Below, piece after piece: positions 23,195-36,100 of a DNA stretch of 64,000 bases. Numbering within the stretch: position 1 is the stretch's first letter; each line of letters begins with the position of its first letter. The stretch is from Asterias rubens (lineage: Eukaryota), in NCBI RefSeq assembly GCF_902459465.1, contig NC_047064.1:2976001-3040000 (forward strand), in the 5' to 3' direction. The translations under genes were made by a program, and so were the position numbers. The notes under the pieces are model-generated. The model did not search any database. It saw only the letters and a list, made by a program, of their open reading frames with translations, and had not been told where the DNA came from.

Positions 23195-26048
23195 CTATAC
23201 TACACTGGTACATGTTGTACCGCAAGCTCCTCATCTTTTATGCCCTTGTCCAAAAATGGAATCTTGTCAAGTGGGCTATTGTGACCATTACTAAATCTGT
23301 TCAGTCTAAAACGGGAAAATTGAAATTTGAATCCCACCCGCCATTGATGTAATGCAACTTAAAAACATGTTAGTCTTCTTCACAAAAGGATGTAGAGTTA
23401 ATAATAGCAACTACCCACCCACCCACCCAGCTAAATGCGTTGTTTAAAGCGTCGCAAAGGCGTGGGTTTTGATGCTAAAAAAAAGCTGCGTGCTCAAATC
23501 AAAACAAGAGAGACATCTTCTTTTTGTGTTTGTATATTTTTGAAAAACGAACTATAGAGTCTGTCTTGCTTGCAAGTTGTAACGCGTTGGCTTTGACAAC
23601 CTTTTGAAAATCGGGGTGCCCCAAGCATGTTTTGTTGCTGTTTCTTACATTTTGTGCGAAGACACAATGACTTTTTACTCTTCTGCAAAGTGGTAAACAA
23701 CCTGTGACGTCATCAGAACTGTGACGTCATCAGCACTAGGCCCTAAAGGTCTGTTAAATGAGGTATTTTGGGGCACAGCGACCTCGATGCTTTGTCCTAC
23801 TGCAGCCGTTATGAAAACGCTTCATGTTAATAAGAAGGACTAGTTGACTGCAAGTGCTATAGTCTAGTTTAGCAATGAGATTGGGTTCTCTCACAGTATT
23901 CATACTTTATTAACTCAACGTGTTTTTAATTGCCATTTTAGACAATTAGAAATCATGATAATCAACAAGTTGGGAGAGTAATTTTGTGCAACATGATAGA
24001 CTGTCAACGACGCTGTGTCCAGAATAGTCATGAATTATTTTTTATTTTTTAAACGAGAAAACATTATAATTTAAAAGGCTGCAAATAATGTTTTCTTTCT
24101 ATAATTTTAAAAAATTGTTTAATTTCTGTGTCAATTTAAATAAAGGTGAAATTGTAATATATGTGTATAATTAATTATAATGTAAATACTAAAGAAAATT
24201 GCGTTTGTGTGACTAAAACAGATTTAAGTGGTGATATGTGAAGTCAAGGTGTAAGACCTACACTGACCAGACCTTTATGTTTTTATCTGGTGTGGGGATG
24301 TTGCAATTTTTCGTAATGATTTCTTCGGATGGTTTCTTAATAATGTCGTGTATTTTTTTATGTTGAAAGCGTCAGATACTGGGTTTGACATTATAATCAT
24401 AACATTGATCATCAGAATATTGGGGCTAATAATATAATTAAAAATGGATTCATCTTTATATTCAGGAAAGATCTTTTCGAGTGAATGAAACGATCGAGGC
24501 GGCCGTTTATTTTCAAGGAAGTTCTTTCCGTTTTCTGCTCTTTTTCCCCATCACTCACAGACATCACTTCTACAGACGTTTATTTTAAGACGTTTGTTTT
24601 ACCCCCCCCCCCCCCTCCCTCGAAAATGATGTCACGTGACTGAAGAATTTCCTGCCCTTGTCACCAATATGTTTTAACGGAACATCAACAAAAACAATAA
24701 CGCCTGAGGCAAATTAAAACTACGTTTTGTTACTTTTGAAAAAAAAAACTTCTTTTGATATATACGTTTGTACAAAAAAACACATGTAATGTATTATGAA
24801 AGTAATTGAGTCTCTTTTTAGTTCAAACCTTGTTCAAGAAAGCAAAACGAAATACTCGTGGTCATTTGACAAAATCTCAAATATCTGTGAAAGTTCTCGA
24901 GTGACCCGGTTTATAATAACAGGGAAGGTTAACGGCTTTTACTTTTTAGTACGATGTAAAATCACTTGATAGTCTCCGTTCTCAAGCATTGTGAGTTATG
25001 TTTGGGTGGGGGCTAGAAACCATCAATTCTTTTGTCGCCATTTTCATAAAAAGTGAGAAGAATAATTGAAGCATCAAAATGTTATCTTTTATCTATAGAT
25101 ACAGAATGTATTGACAGGGAAAAGTGTAGCCTATAGGTGTGGTCTAGAAGAGAGTAGAAACGGCTTGCTCGCAACTTGGTAAAACTAGAGTCGATCATTG
25201 TGGTGCTAAAAACAAAACAAAACAAAAAAAAAGAGAGATGTGAATAAAAAAAACTATGTGGTTTTCTTCGGTTTAGGCCAACACGACGTAACAAATAAAC
25301 CGATTAATGGCTAGGTTGACGTGTCCAAAGTGGCTCAAACTGGTTTGAACTAGTTTGAACCGGCTTACCAAGCCAGATACAGGCCAGACTAGGCCATGTT
25401 TTTTTATACGCAGTGTTAACTGTTCTCTGTAGAAGACCCTTTGTATAAAATAAACCTGTGTATAGTTTGCTAACAATTATAGACAAAGCCATGTAGATTG
25501 CACTGTCCGAACCCTTACTTTGTATACAGTTATCATTATCCAGTGGTATTTAGCTTCGCTCTGTCACTTTCGTAAGTGACAATTTAATGGATACTTTATC
25601 TGTTTTGTAAAAAAAAAAAAAAAAAAATACTACAAAATAAAATAAAAGTTAGATTGGATCGTTTTCACTTCCGGGTTATCGTTAAAACAAATGTGTAGGT
25701 CTCTTTTAATATACATTGGTCTTTAAATACTCTAGATTTAATAAACGGTTTAAATTAGGATTATAACTTAGTAGGGTTGAACGTGTGAACTACCTTTACG
25801 TCTTCTATAGGTCATTATAGCGAGATCATTCTATAAATAAACTCGTGTTTTCCGTAGCTGATTGATTTTTTTTTAAACAAAACTTTGGGTCCGTTTCATG
25901 TAACATTTTGTAAACCTTTGTATTCAGTGGACCAATAATGCTTTGAAGAACCTCACAAATTCATTTTTCTGCGAAATGACAAAACCGTTCAAGGAGTATT
26001 GTGGATGTTACCCGACTATTGTAGATATGACGTTCTGTTTAATATCGA

Positions 26049-26158
26049 TGCAAGTCTCGCGAAATTCAAATCTTGAGACCCGTGAAAGTGCGTGAGTTTC
26101 TTTCCTTCAAAATGTAAAGCTATAAAGGGGAGACGCGCGGGGTCGAGCGAGACTTGCA
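26049..26158. mobile_element. Small MITE-like inverted repeat
   Basis: TGCAAGTCTCGC ... GCGAGACTTGCA. Confidence 0.5.
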
Positions 26159-26535
26159 CAGTCTTTTGTTTCATCTACCGCCACATTTTGGAACGGTTGT
26201 AAAACATTCTTTAATATTTGACGATAAACAGTATGTCCAATATGGGTCCATGTTTAATCCGTCAATATTAATGTACCTTTAATTATACCTTCGATCATAT
26301 TCGACCGTTCCATCTTAAAGTGGAAATTGAAATTGAAATTGAATTTTAAAACTGGTAAAGCAAAACAGCAATATCAACATGGTTAAGTTGTTTACTTGAC
26401 GTAGACGTTGCTAACGGTATGATTTTTATTGTCAGTCTTTTGACATGACATTGTTGCAGTTGCATATTATGATATTATAAATGTACGATCTTCAAGGTAA
26501 CTTTACTCAATGTAAACCAGCTCGGAGGGTTGTAA

Positions 26536-26726
26536 TTAAAGGAGCACTCTCGTCAAGATCAAAGCAGGCCTGTAGCTGTTCATGGGATTGTTAACTCTCA
26601 CCTAGATGCGCACGTGCCCTCAATGATACAGAGGGAGTGTGCGTGGGTGTTGTTACTGGGATAAGAGTACATAATTCAACGCACAGCCAAATGCCTGATT
26701 TAATCCTGACGACACAGCCCCTTTAA
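26536..26726. mobile_element. Kolobok-like MITE
   Basis: TTAA|AGGAGCACTCTCGTCAAGAT ... ATCCTGACGACACAGCCCCT|TTAA. Confidence 0.65.
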
Positions 26727-28306
26727 GCAAACCGGACCGTGAAGGACATAAGTCAGACGTATTCTATATTCATCAATATGGCAGTATTATAAATGATTTC
26801 GGTGTGTAAATTATTACTGTTGAACAAAAATCAATTTGTGTTTTTGTTTTTCGAAAAATAAAATGGTTTAATAACTTATAGTCTTGGGAATGATTTTTAA
26901 AACATTGGTAATATTTAGATGGTGATAATATTGTGTATTCACGATTTATGTATTATGTTGATAAATGACAAAAAGTAAATACATTTTAAAAAACCAGTCC
27001 AGGTAAAAGGTAAACAGAACGTGGTGTCGATGTCTTTTCTTTCTTCTTGAGTCTTTCTTCTCCTCTCTCACCAGCTAAATTTTCCTCTTTCATCGTATTT
27101 TTAAAACACCCTTCATGGCAGTTACAGGGTTCTCTCATTGTTGTTCTATTATTCCCTTTTCTTGAGAAATATTCTCTGTGGGGTACCACCGTAACAAAGA
27201 AAACCTTACAGACAAGCATTGTTCCATTCTTAAAAGTACCCCGAAAGTTGAAGACGTGTGAAAGGGCACATACGCGCAACCTTCGGATCGGGTTGGTGGG
27301 GTCCTGTTGTTGATCTAGTATTCCCTTGTCCGAGTTGAAAAACTTGGTGGTGATTACTGTTCCATTGTGTGAAAGACCCACTTGGGCTCTACTGTAAGTC
27401 CACAGCTAGCTCTCTGTTGCAGTCACTCTGTGGACATTCATTTATACATTCATTGATTTATTCACTCTCTAAAAAACTCTGTGGGACGCGGGTAAGTCCA
27501 CATAACGTTTTCGGACCGTGAAACCTCTTTTGTTCTCAGTCCACACGTCGCATGACACATGAATCTTAAGCAGCAATCTCAAGCGTTGCCGTTTTTAACT
27601 ACTGTAGGCCTAAGTGCGTCAAACTATTTTACTAAAATTGACGTTTGTCACCGATTATTTTGAATGGCTGCATCAAATTTGACTTCGACTGTGCAAAAGT
27701 GCGATGTGTAGCGCAGGCATATCTTTTAACGTCAGTTAAACATTGAATCCTCTAGCATCGTCGATGTTGCTAATTGTCGGCGCCTTCCTTTACCTATACA
27801 TGGGGGTCATGCTCTCCTGGTGCTCAGGCCTTCATTAGGGTTTCAAAACGAGCATTAAGTGTCCGTTATTAGCTCAGAACAATTAGGGCTGCTTAGAATG
27901 ACTCGTCTGGGACCATTTATCTTCTAATTTCATTGTTTAAATTTCCCTGTGGATTCTGTATATTAGATTGGTGGTTATTGATACCGGTAATTATTATTGT
28001 CACACCATTGGGGCCCACTATAGCGACCATATAATACACATCAAGAACTGCCTTTTATTTAATTATGAACTCCAAAGATACTCAAATCAACTGTGTGTAA
28101 TTTTCCTGGGAATAAGAATACTTAGACAGTAGTGTGCTGTCAAACAGAAGCCATGGTTACCCCATTTTCACTGGTCCGTTTAAATGTCCATATAAACAAG
28201 GTTATACGATGTCAACCCACTCCACCAAATTTATTTCCCAATGGCACCAAGCGCAAACTTTTAATTGACGAAACTTATCTGCTTAGCTGGGAGTAGCGGA
28301 GTATAC

Positions 28307-28678
28307 TTAAAGGCAGTGGACACTATTGGTATAATTACTACAAATAATTATCATCATAAAACCTTTCTTGATTACAAGTAATGGGGAGAGGTTGATAGTA
28401 TAAAACATTGTGACAAACAGCTCCCTCTGAAGTGACGTATAGTTTACGAATTTGATTTTGAGACCTCAAGTTTAGAATTTGAGGTCTCGAAATCAAGCAT
28501 AGAAAGCACACGACTTGGTGTGACGAGGGTGTTTTTGTTTTTTTTCATTATTATCTCGCAACTTCGACGACCGATTGAGCTCAAATTTTCACAGGTTTGT
28601 TATTTTATGCATATGTTGAGATACACCAAGTGAGGAGACTGGTCTTTGACAATTACCAATAGTGGCCACTGTCTTTAA
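28307..28678 (+). mobile_element. K1 MITE
   Basis: TTAA|AGGCAGTGGACACTATTGG ... GGCCACTGTCT|TTAA. Confidence 0.88.
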
Positions 28679-28761
28679 GTGAAACTTGAAGTTTTGCATG
28701 GTTTGAGTATAAATATTGTGAGGTATAAATATGTGTAATTCTCTTTCAGGTATAGTAGGCC

Positions 28762-28975
28762 TAGTGTTGGTTCTGAGAGGCGGTTGATAATTCAACAATT
28801 CGATCAGTATGCTCCGATCGTCTTCAGGTGACAACCCACAGTTTCGATAAGTCTGCTCTTGATGTCTTCAGGAGGAAGACTGGAGACGATCAGAGCAAAT
28901 TGATCGAAACATTGAGTTGTCATCCACATGTTCTTCTCAGAACCAGCACTACACATGGTGCTACCGCAAACCTCA
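28762..28975. repeat. Inverted arrangement of three degenerate hammerhead-like units (two on -, one on +)
   Basis: Minus: CTGAAGAC-GATCGG-AGCATA-CTGATC-GAA and CTGAAGAC-ATCAAG-AGCAGA-CTTATC-GAAAC. Plus: CTGGAGAC-GATCAG-AGCAAA-TTGATC-GAAAC. Outer inverted repeat TAGTGTTGGTTCTGAGA / TCTCAGAACCAGCACTA. Confidence 0.7.
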
Positions 28976-28978
28976 CCC

Positions 28979-29359
28979 TTAAAGGGTCTATGTACTTTTT
29001 GTAGGACAAAAAAACACCATGTCCACAGATTTACATTAAACTTACACAGTTTGAAGATAATGATAGCAAAAAAAGCTTTACTGAGAATATTACTTGCTGA
29101 GGTGATGTAGTTTTTGAGAAATGAGTAAAACAATGTCATTAAAATAATTTTCGTCTCGTGATCATAAGACGAAAATTATTTTAGCATAAAAGGTATTTTC
29201 ATGACATTGTTTTACTCATTTCTAAAAGAAACTAACAGCAGCTTAGCAAGTAATATTCTCAGGGAAGCTTTCTACTATCAATATTTTCAAACGGTGTAAC
29301 TTTAATGTAAATCTGTGGACATTGTGTTTTGTGTTACAAAAAGTACCCCAATCCTTTAA
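28979..29359. mobile_element. Fold-back Kolobok-like MITE (almost entirely palindromic)
   Basis: TTAA|AGGG...CCT|TTAA. The two arms (e.g. TGTCCACAGATTTACATTAAA / TTTAATGTAAATCTGTGGACA) pair over roughly 170 bp, centred on AATAATTTTCGTCT...AGACGAAAATTATT. Confidence 0.8.
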
Positions 29360-30253
29360 GGCAATAACCTGTTCACCTGAGCAAAATACATGTTGTGAGC
29401 AATACATCACACACTGTTTTGTGGATGTAAAACTGTTTTGGCTTAGCAAAATTGGTCTTTGCTTATTACACAAATACTCCCTAAAAACAGAGTGAATGAA
29501 GGTCCGGTCCATAGAGGATAACCACTGAAGCTGAATAAATTTTAGTATGAATACAGGATGAGATAACCCACGAAATCTGTGACATCACAAGTTCCTTTGT
29601 TCGCATCCATTGTGGAGATGCTGTGCGTTTTCCCTTTATTCCTGTACATGTCGTCCTACCATCTATACCTTGGGCACAAAACTCTTTGAAGAGCACACCA
29701 GTCTTTATAATTCCCCTAAAATGGAGACATTTCGTTTTCACTTTTTTGTTTAATTCTCGGTTTCCATAAGATTTTGAATATTTTAACCTTTTACAAAAGA
29801 GCCACAGAGCCGGGACTTTCTTCAGGCAAACAGCCCAAAATATTTGAATCAATTATTAAATAGTATATATGAAGGCGACATCACTGTCTAATATATATCA
29901 ACTGTGGACAAAGGATGCGCATGATTTCTCAGGAGATCAGATTAATCGGCGAAGAAAGGATTTTGACTGGTTTAAAAAATACACTTTTTCATCGAGGGTG
30001 ACATTTTCGTCAGGAAACATCTCAAAAACATTTGGTAACAAAAGCAATTAAGAAGTTACAGACGTCAACACTTTGTACCCGGAATAGTCACCCAAACTAT
30101 TATCAACAGGTTCATTAACGCTCGTGAGACGCTATGTGACACTAAACAGTGAGACTTTTGAAGGATGCTTTTACTGTATATATAGTTCAAATGAAAACTG
30201 ACCGGGTTTATTTACATGTCATTTAGGGCAGGTTAACAGAGATATTGAACCTG

Positions 30254-30400
30254 GGGTGGATTTCACAAAGAGTTAGGACTAGTCTTATCTCGAGTTAGGA
30301 CCAGTTACTCGTCCTAACTTAGGACTATCTATGCAATTTGTATATCTCCTAGGACTAGTCCTAAGTTAGGACTAGTCCTAACTCTTTGTGAAATCGACTC
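30254..30400. mobile_element. Harbinger-type MITE with CTG TSD and internal TTAGGACTAGTCCTAA-type repeats
   Basis: ctg|GGGTGGATTTCACAAAGAG ... CTCTTTGTGAAATCGACTC|ctg. Confidence 0.8.
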
Positions 30401-30639
30401 CTGGTGCAGCAGCAAAGGTGCATGGGCTATATAACAGTATTGGTTTCTGAATGGTTAACCGTGTTGATTTCTACCCTACAGTACCTTATACACAAAACAA
30501 CCTTATGAAAGATTCATCAAACTCGGTGGCTACGTTTTCGTCCCCTGTTCACATCTGGATTAGTTCGATTGCGTCAATCGAAAGAAACAATTTAGTATTT
30601 CAGACGGAATTTCTTTGGAGATTGGTGTTCTATGAACCT

Positions 30640-31265
30640 TTCAGAGGGAATATTTCTCTGGAGGATTGGTACCGGTACGAACTTTATAATCAGTGCGCTG
30701 TAACATTCAAGACTGGTCCCGGTTTCAAGTTGGTCATCAGTGAATTTTCAGATTCAGACTGGTATACATTTGATAATCGGTCAGCATTCTGACTCATTAT
30801 TTGGTACTGCGTTGTTTGAGCTTTTGTTATCAATGAGTTTTCATAACAATGATTGGTTGTTGTATGAACTTCATAATCAGTGAGTTTTCGGATTCAGGAT
30901 TAGGTACTGGCATGAGCTTTATTCAGTGAGTTTTCAGACTCAGGATTGGTACTGGTATGAACTTTATTATTAGTGAGTGTGCTTTCATATTCTGGATTCT
31001 TGGTGAGCTGTCAGTTTCAGGAGACTCAGGATTGGTACTGGTATGAATTTATCAGTGTGAGCTTTCATGTTCAGAATTGGTTCAAGTATGAATTTTATCA
31101 TAAGTCAGCTTTTAGATTCAGGATTGGTACCCGTATGAACTTTATTATCAGCAAGCTTCCATATTCTGGATTGGTACTGGAACTTTACAATCGGTGAGCT
31201 GTCAGTTTCAGGAATGGTACTGGTATGAACTTTATATTCAGTGAGTTTTCAGATTCAAGATTGGT
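30640..31265. repeat. Degenerate ~47-bp minisatellite
   Basis: Recurring GGATTGGTACTGGTATGAACTTTATT.CAGTGAGTTTTCAGA.TCA units. Confidence 0.8.
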
Positions 31266-31734
31266 AGACCTATCTATATTGAAAAGTTTTAATAAAATAA
31301 TTTCGTATTATTACCCTTTATATCTATTATAATACCGCAAGTTGTCTTAAACTTTAAGCTAGGATAAAGAGACAATTTGAACTTCAAGAAAGTCCTACAT
31401 TCTGAAATAATTTGTTGCACGAAATAGGACTTGAGCTGACCTTTGTGCTCGGTAAGAAAAAAAAAAAAAAATCGTTTTTAGTTATCAGCTGTGAAACAAC
31501 GTTCGTGACAATTTTTTTTATTATATTGAAAGCGTTCATAGGTGATGGTAGTTGACCGCTGAAGGACTTTGACCTTTATGGCGCTCTTTTGTTTTCCCAA
31601 CGAAGAGCAGTGAGTCTATTGACGATGATTGACAGTTATCCACTCGCGTTGCATGATTTGCCATTTGAAGCTGCGTCCTCTCATGCAAACACAAGAGGGC
31701 TTCGAGATAACCTGCAGGTCGTCGTCTGTGGCTC

Positions 31735-32055
31735 TTAAAGGCACTGGAAACTTTGGGTAATAATGGTTAAAGACCAGTATTCTCACTTGGTGCATCCTCT
31801 GTGAAAACTTTGACTCAATTGGTCATATCGAAGTTGCGAGAGAATCATGAAAGAAAAACAAAATCACCCTTATTGTTTGAGTTTGTGTGCTTTCAAAAGC
31901 TTAATAAAAGGCTTCAGGCCTGAAGTATTTTAACAATTATTTTGAGTGAGAAATTACCTGGTTTCTCAAAACGACGTTACTTCATAGGAAGCTATTTCTC
32001 ACAATGTTTTACATTATCAACAGCTCTCCAATTGTTCGTTACCAGATGCCTTTAA
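31735..32055 (-). mobile_element. K1 MITE, reverse orientation, internally deleted
   Basis: TTAA|AGGCACTGG start, ...GATGCCT|TTAA end. Confidence 0.8.
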
Positions 32056-32807
32056 CCGTTTCATCAGAGTGTGGTAACCAAATCTGTGCCAGTGTTCCCG
32101 CCATATCGATCCCAGTAGGATTATAACCACTGGTTAGGTGCGCTTAAACTTGCCGATGGCCACGTGTTTAGGCCGATCGCTCTGCATCCACTTTCCGTAC
32201 TCGAGGGTAAGCGATTGAGATTTTGAAGATTGCTCCGTAAGGTCGGTGTACTACAGATCTGTGGCTCTGATCATGTGGAATCATAGATCCTTCAGTAGCA
32301 TAATGGAGCACCAAGGGATATTGGCCTGGCGAGACCGTTCCCAGGACCTCTGTGCTTCTGTACTTTTAGATTATACCATGACAACCGGATGGATTAGATT
32401 GACCTGCGAATAATAGACATTAATAGCCTATTATAGTTTGAATGTTTCAGCTCATGTGAAATCTGTCCCTGTCATCGAGACGAATTAATTTTGAGCCCCC
32501 GCGGAAAACGGAAAGTTGGTGTTCCCCTGAGTATTACGTGCTATAGTAAGACGGGGAACAGATTGGTTGATTTGGAGATTTGCCTTACGGCTCAATGAAC
32601 CCGATACATCTCTAAATTTATTTGTGACAAAACAGAAAAGTTATTAATTTCACTGGTTAATTTCACCAATAAAGGATAAACACAGTGTCTGTGCTGTCAC
32701 TATAACTAAAAAAGATAATCAATTTTACACCGCAGTTTTTGCACCGCGTGGTTCCATTATTCTTGAAGCCTTGTCTTAGCTCGATTTTAAGAATTTGACT
32801 CTTTCTA

Positions 32808-33173
32808 TAGTACTATTGGTAATTATTCAAAATAATTATTAGCATAAAACTTTACTTGGTAACGAGTAATGGCGAGAGGTTGATAGTAAAAACATTGTTA
32901 GAAACGGCTCCCTCTGTAGTGACGTAGTTTTCGAGAAGGAAGTAATTTTCCACGAATTTGATTTCGAGACCTCAGATTTAGAATTTGAGGTCTCGAAATC
33001 AAGCATCTGAAAGCACACAACTTCGTGTGACAAGGTGTTTTTCTTTCATTATTATCTCACAACTTCGACGACCAATTGAGCTCACATTTTCACAGGTTTG
33101 TTATTTTATGCATATGTTGAGATACATCAAGTGAGAAGACTGGTCTAGGACAATTACCAATAGTGTACAGTGT
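32808..33173 (+). mobile_element. K1 MITE with eroded termini
   Basis: Internal sequence nearly identical to the young K1 copies. Confidence 0.82.
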
Positions 33174-36100
33174 CAGAGAAATAGTGAAAAACCATGCATG
33201 TAACTAAAACACATTGTCCTAAATTTTGGTGAACATATCAGAAAGCAAATGTTGATGGTGTTTTTGTTTGTTTTGGGGGGTTGTCAGATGCAGTTTCCTC
33301 GAATAAGATTTCAATTCATAGGAAATAATTTCACCAAAAAAAAAGTTAGGGTAGGGGATTGACCACTGAATCTACGGTACTTTCAACTGCATTGAAAGTG
33401 TTGACCTTTTTGATCTCTTTCACCTTTTTTGTAATATCGTATGACAATGGATTGACTAAAGAAAACCTCGCTTTGCACTCCGACTATCTTCGTTGCGCAA
33501 ATGGGATACTTCCGGGTACCAGTTCAAATATATATTTTGTTTATTGGGCAAACAGTAAACTTTACAAAGAGGGCAGGTTTTTTTTTTAACACCGTTTGAG
33601 GTTTTTTTCTGGACAGAAACAAAAACTAGCCGCTGGCATTTTGCATTGTATATTTTTGGCTGGATGAAATCTAACGCCACTTGCAATGGTCAACCCCTTA
33701 AAACGGATATTTTTTGTTCGAGTATCCAATACGTCGTTGCGATAAAGATTCTTTGCAACTGTCCTTTCACTATTCTGGTGAGCCTACAACGGTTTTACAG
33801 AAAGTAACAACTTTCTCAAGGTTTTCTGTGATCACACGTAGAGGTATTACCGACTTGGAAGGAGACTTTGTCCCCGGTGATTCTGTCTCCATAAGGCGAA
33901 CTGTGTAGAAATTTATTCTGATAGCGCCCTCTTTTGAATCAACCTTCTTCAGTCCATGTTAACGAGGGAAAGGTAATTATAATATTATTCTAGATGGAAC
34001 TTCATTACAAAACTCCACCCAATACACTCTTACACACACACAACGTTCAGGCTCTTCTTTGATCTCTCTTCGTTTGGACTTGATGGTTTTGTGGGGTTTG
34101 TTGGGGACTTTTTGCAAGTCTATTATTTTCATTCGGCTCAGATCACATGGGGGCGCGCTAGCCCCATTTCCCAAAAAGGCAACTGATGTCTAAACATAAT
34201 TTGATGTTGATGTGTTCTGTTTGATTCGGTGTTATTTCTCTGACAGACTCGAACATTAAGTTGAAGACATTAAATCTAGATTGTTGGCTTATTATTATGG
34301 CTCATCTTTTCTTTCAAGAAAATGCCCGAGTACAAGCAAGTTCTATGATCATCAGCATTGTAAATGATATTAACTCGGTGTGGCCAAAGACCATTATCTT
34401 TAAATTACCAGCGCTAAGACAGTGCATTTGTTTTACATCCTCACCCACATCAGACTATTCTCAACTTAATGGTAAAAATAATAAATTAATATTACAAGCG
34501 CACCAAGAAGGTGGGCTAATTCAAGAAGGGTCCAAACAGAAGCTACAGGTCACCCGTTAAAGAATTGTGCACAACCGTTTGGTTGATGTTTTACCGATAA
34601 CAACAATTCAATTCGACTCTAGTAAACATTTATTTCAAACTACACTCTTCTCAAGGTAAAACATACAAAGTATTTACATAGATAAGCAAAATCATAAGCA
34701 CGGCGGGTGAACACTTTGCATGAATGTGATTACACGGCAGCCGTAGTATGGTTTGTCCAATCAATGACAACCACCCCCTCCCCACCCCTCTACCTCCTCA
34801 AGGAATGAAGGGAAATCCGTAACAACCAACCCCTCATGTTTGAACTTCAAGCCTTTTTCGGAGTTTGAAAAGTAAAACACAAGTTGTAACCGGTGTTATG
34901 AAACCCAAGAAGTAAGAACTTCTCGTCTGGGTTTGTTAGTAAGACTTATAAAAGTGTTAAGGCGCCCTCTGTTGAATCAACAGCTATGGCAACGCACAAT
35001 ATTATTTTTATGATGACCATGTGGCTGTGAGTGCGCCACCGTTGACTAAAGCGATAGTTCTCGAAAGTTTCTTGGTTAGAAGTCTGCAGTAGCTTTCGAT
35101 AAAATAAAAAATAAAAGTATTTTTTTTAGAACCGTTCACTTCGAAGTAGTGTGATTATGGGAATAAATATATGTAGTTATCTCCCCAAAAAATAATTTGG
35201 GAAAGTTTACTGTCAGAATCAGAACGCTATTCAAATACTTTATTAGTCTTCCAGCGTGGACTAAACGGTTTAAACCGCTCCGTTTTTTTCGGCGACATTT
35301 TAAAGAAATGACGCCATCACCTTTGGAGATGAAATTTTGCATAAGTTATGTTTGTTTTATTTACATTTTGTAGGTTAAGAACAATCGAACGGTAAAAAAA
35401 AAAAGGGACGGTAAACTTTCAAATAAAGTAATATTTTTGGCCGCGTTTTGCATTTGCTCGTTCCCGGCGCATATCCAAATTTGCTAGGATGGGCTGACGT
35501 ATTGAACCAATGCACCATTCCCGACCTAAACAGCATTATGATGTAGGTATTTTTTTTATTTTTTTTTATTCTTCCAACAGTGGAAACCGCGCACAGCCAG
35601 CACTGTACTCACCTGTCACACCTGTTTTTACGAAATTATTGTAAAAGCTCTATGCCTGTTGTCAAAACCCATGCATATCGTCAATTTTTTCTTAGATACT
35701 GAAAAAGCCTCAATATCGCAACACTCTTCTAATATTTTTGTTTTAAAAGAATCAAATTACTATGAAGCCTCTATGCTTCATTATACCGTTGGTGTTCGTG
35801 TTGTGATTGTTCCGACTACATCTTCCTTTGAGCAATACAAATAAGTTTCTTTCTTTCACTTCTTTATTTACTTCTAAGCCGCTATCCAGTCTCGGCCTTA
35901 TAAACTCTCTTGGCTCTACTTCTGGGAGGTAGTCAAATTATATTTCCATCATTATAAGTACTACTAGGCCCGAGGCCTAGAAACTATGACCCATCCCCCG
36001 TCGTAAAGGATAAAAACCTTCTGCTTAACTTAACTGTCTTGGGTTGTTGTTTGTTTTCCTTCCATTTATTACTTTCTCCTCTTCTATTATCTTCCTTCTT

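Noticed and set aside
30640-31265. CRISPR-like array
   Set aside because: Eukaryotic context; the units are contiguous degenerate repeats with no unique spacers.
33700-33900. Minus-strand METESPGTKSPSK... short ORF with faint glyoxalase-like look
   Set aside because: Only 40 codons, and no connecting exons were found.
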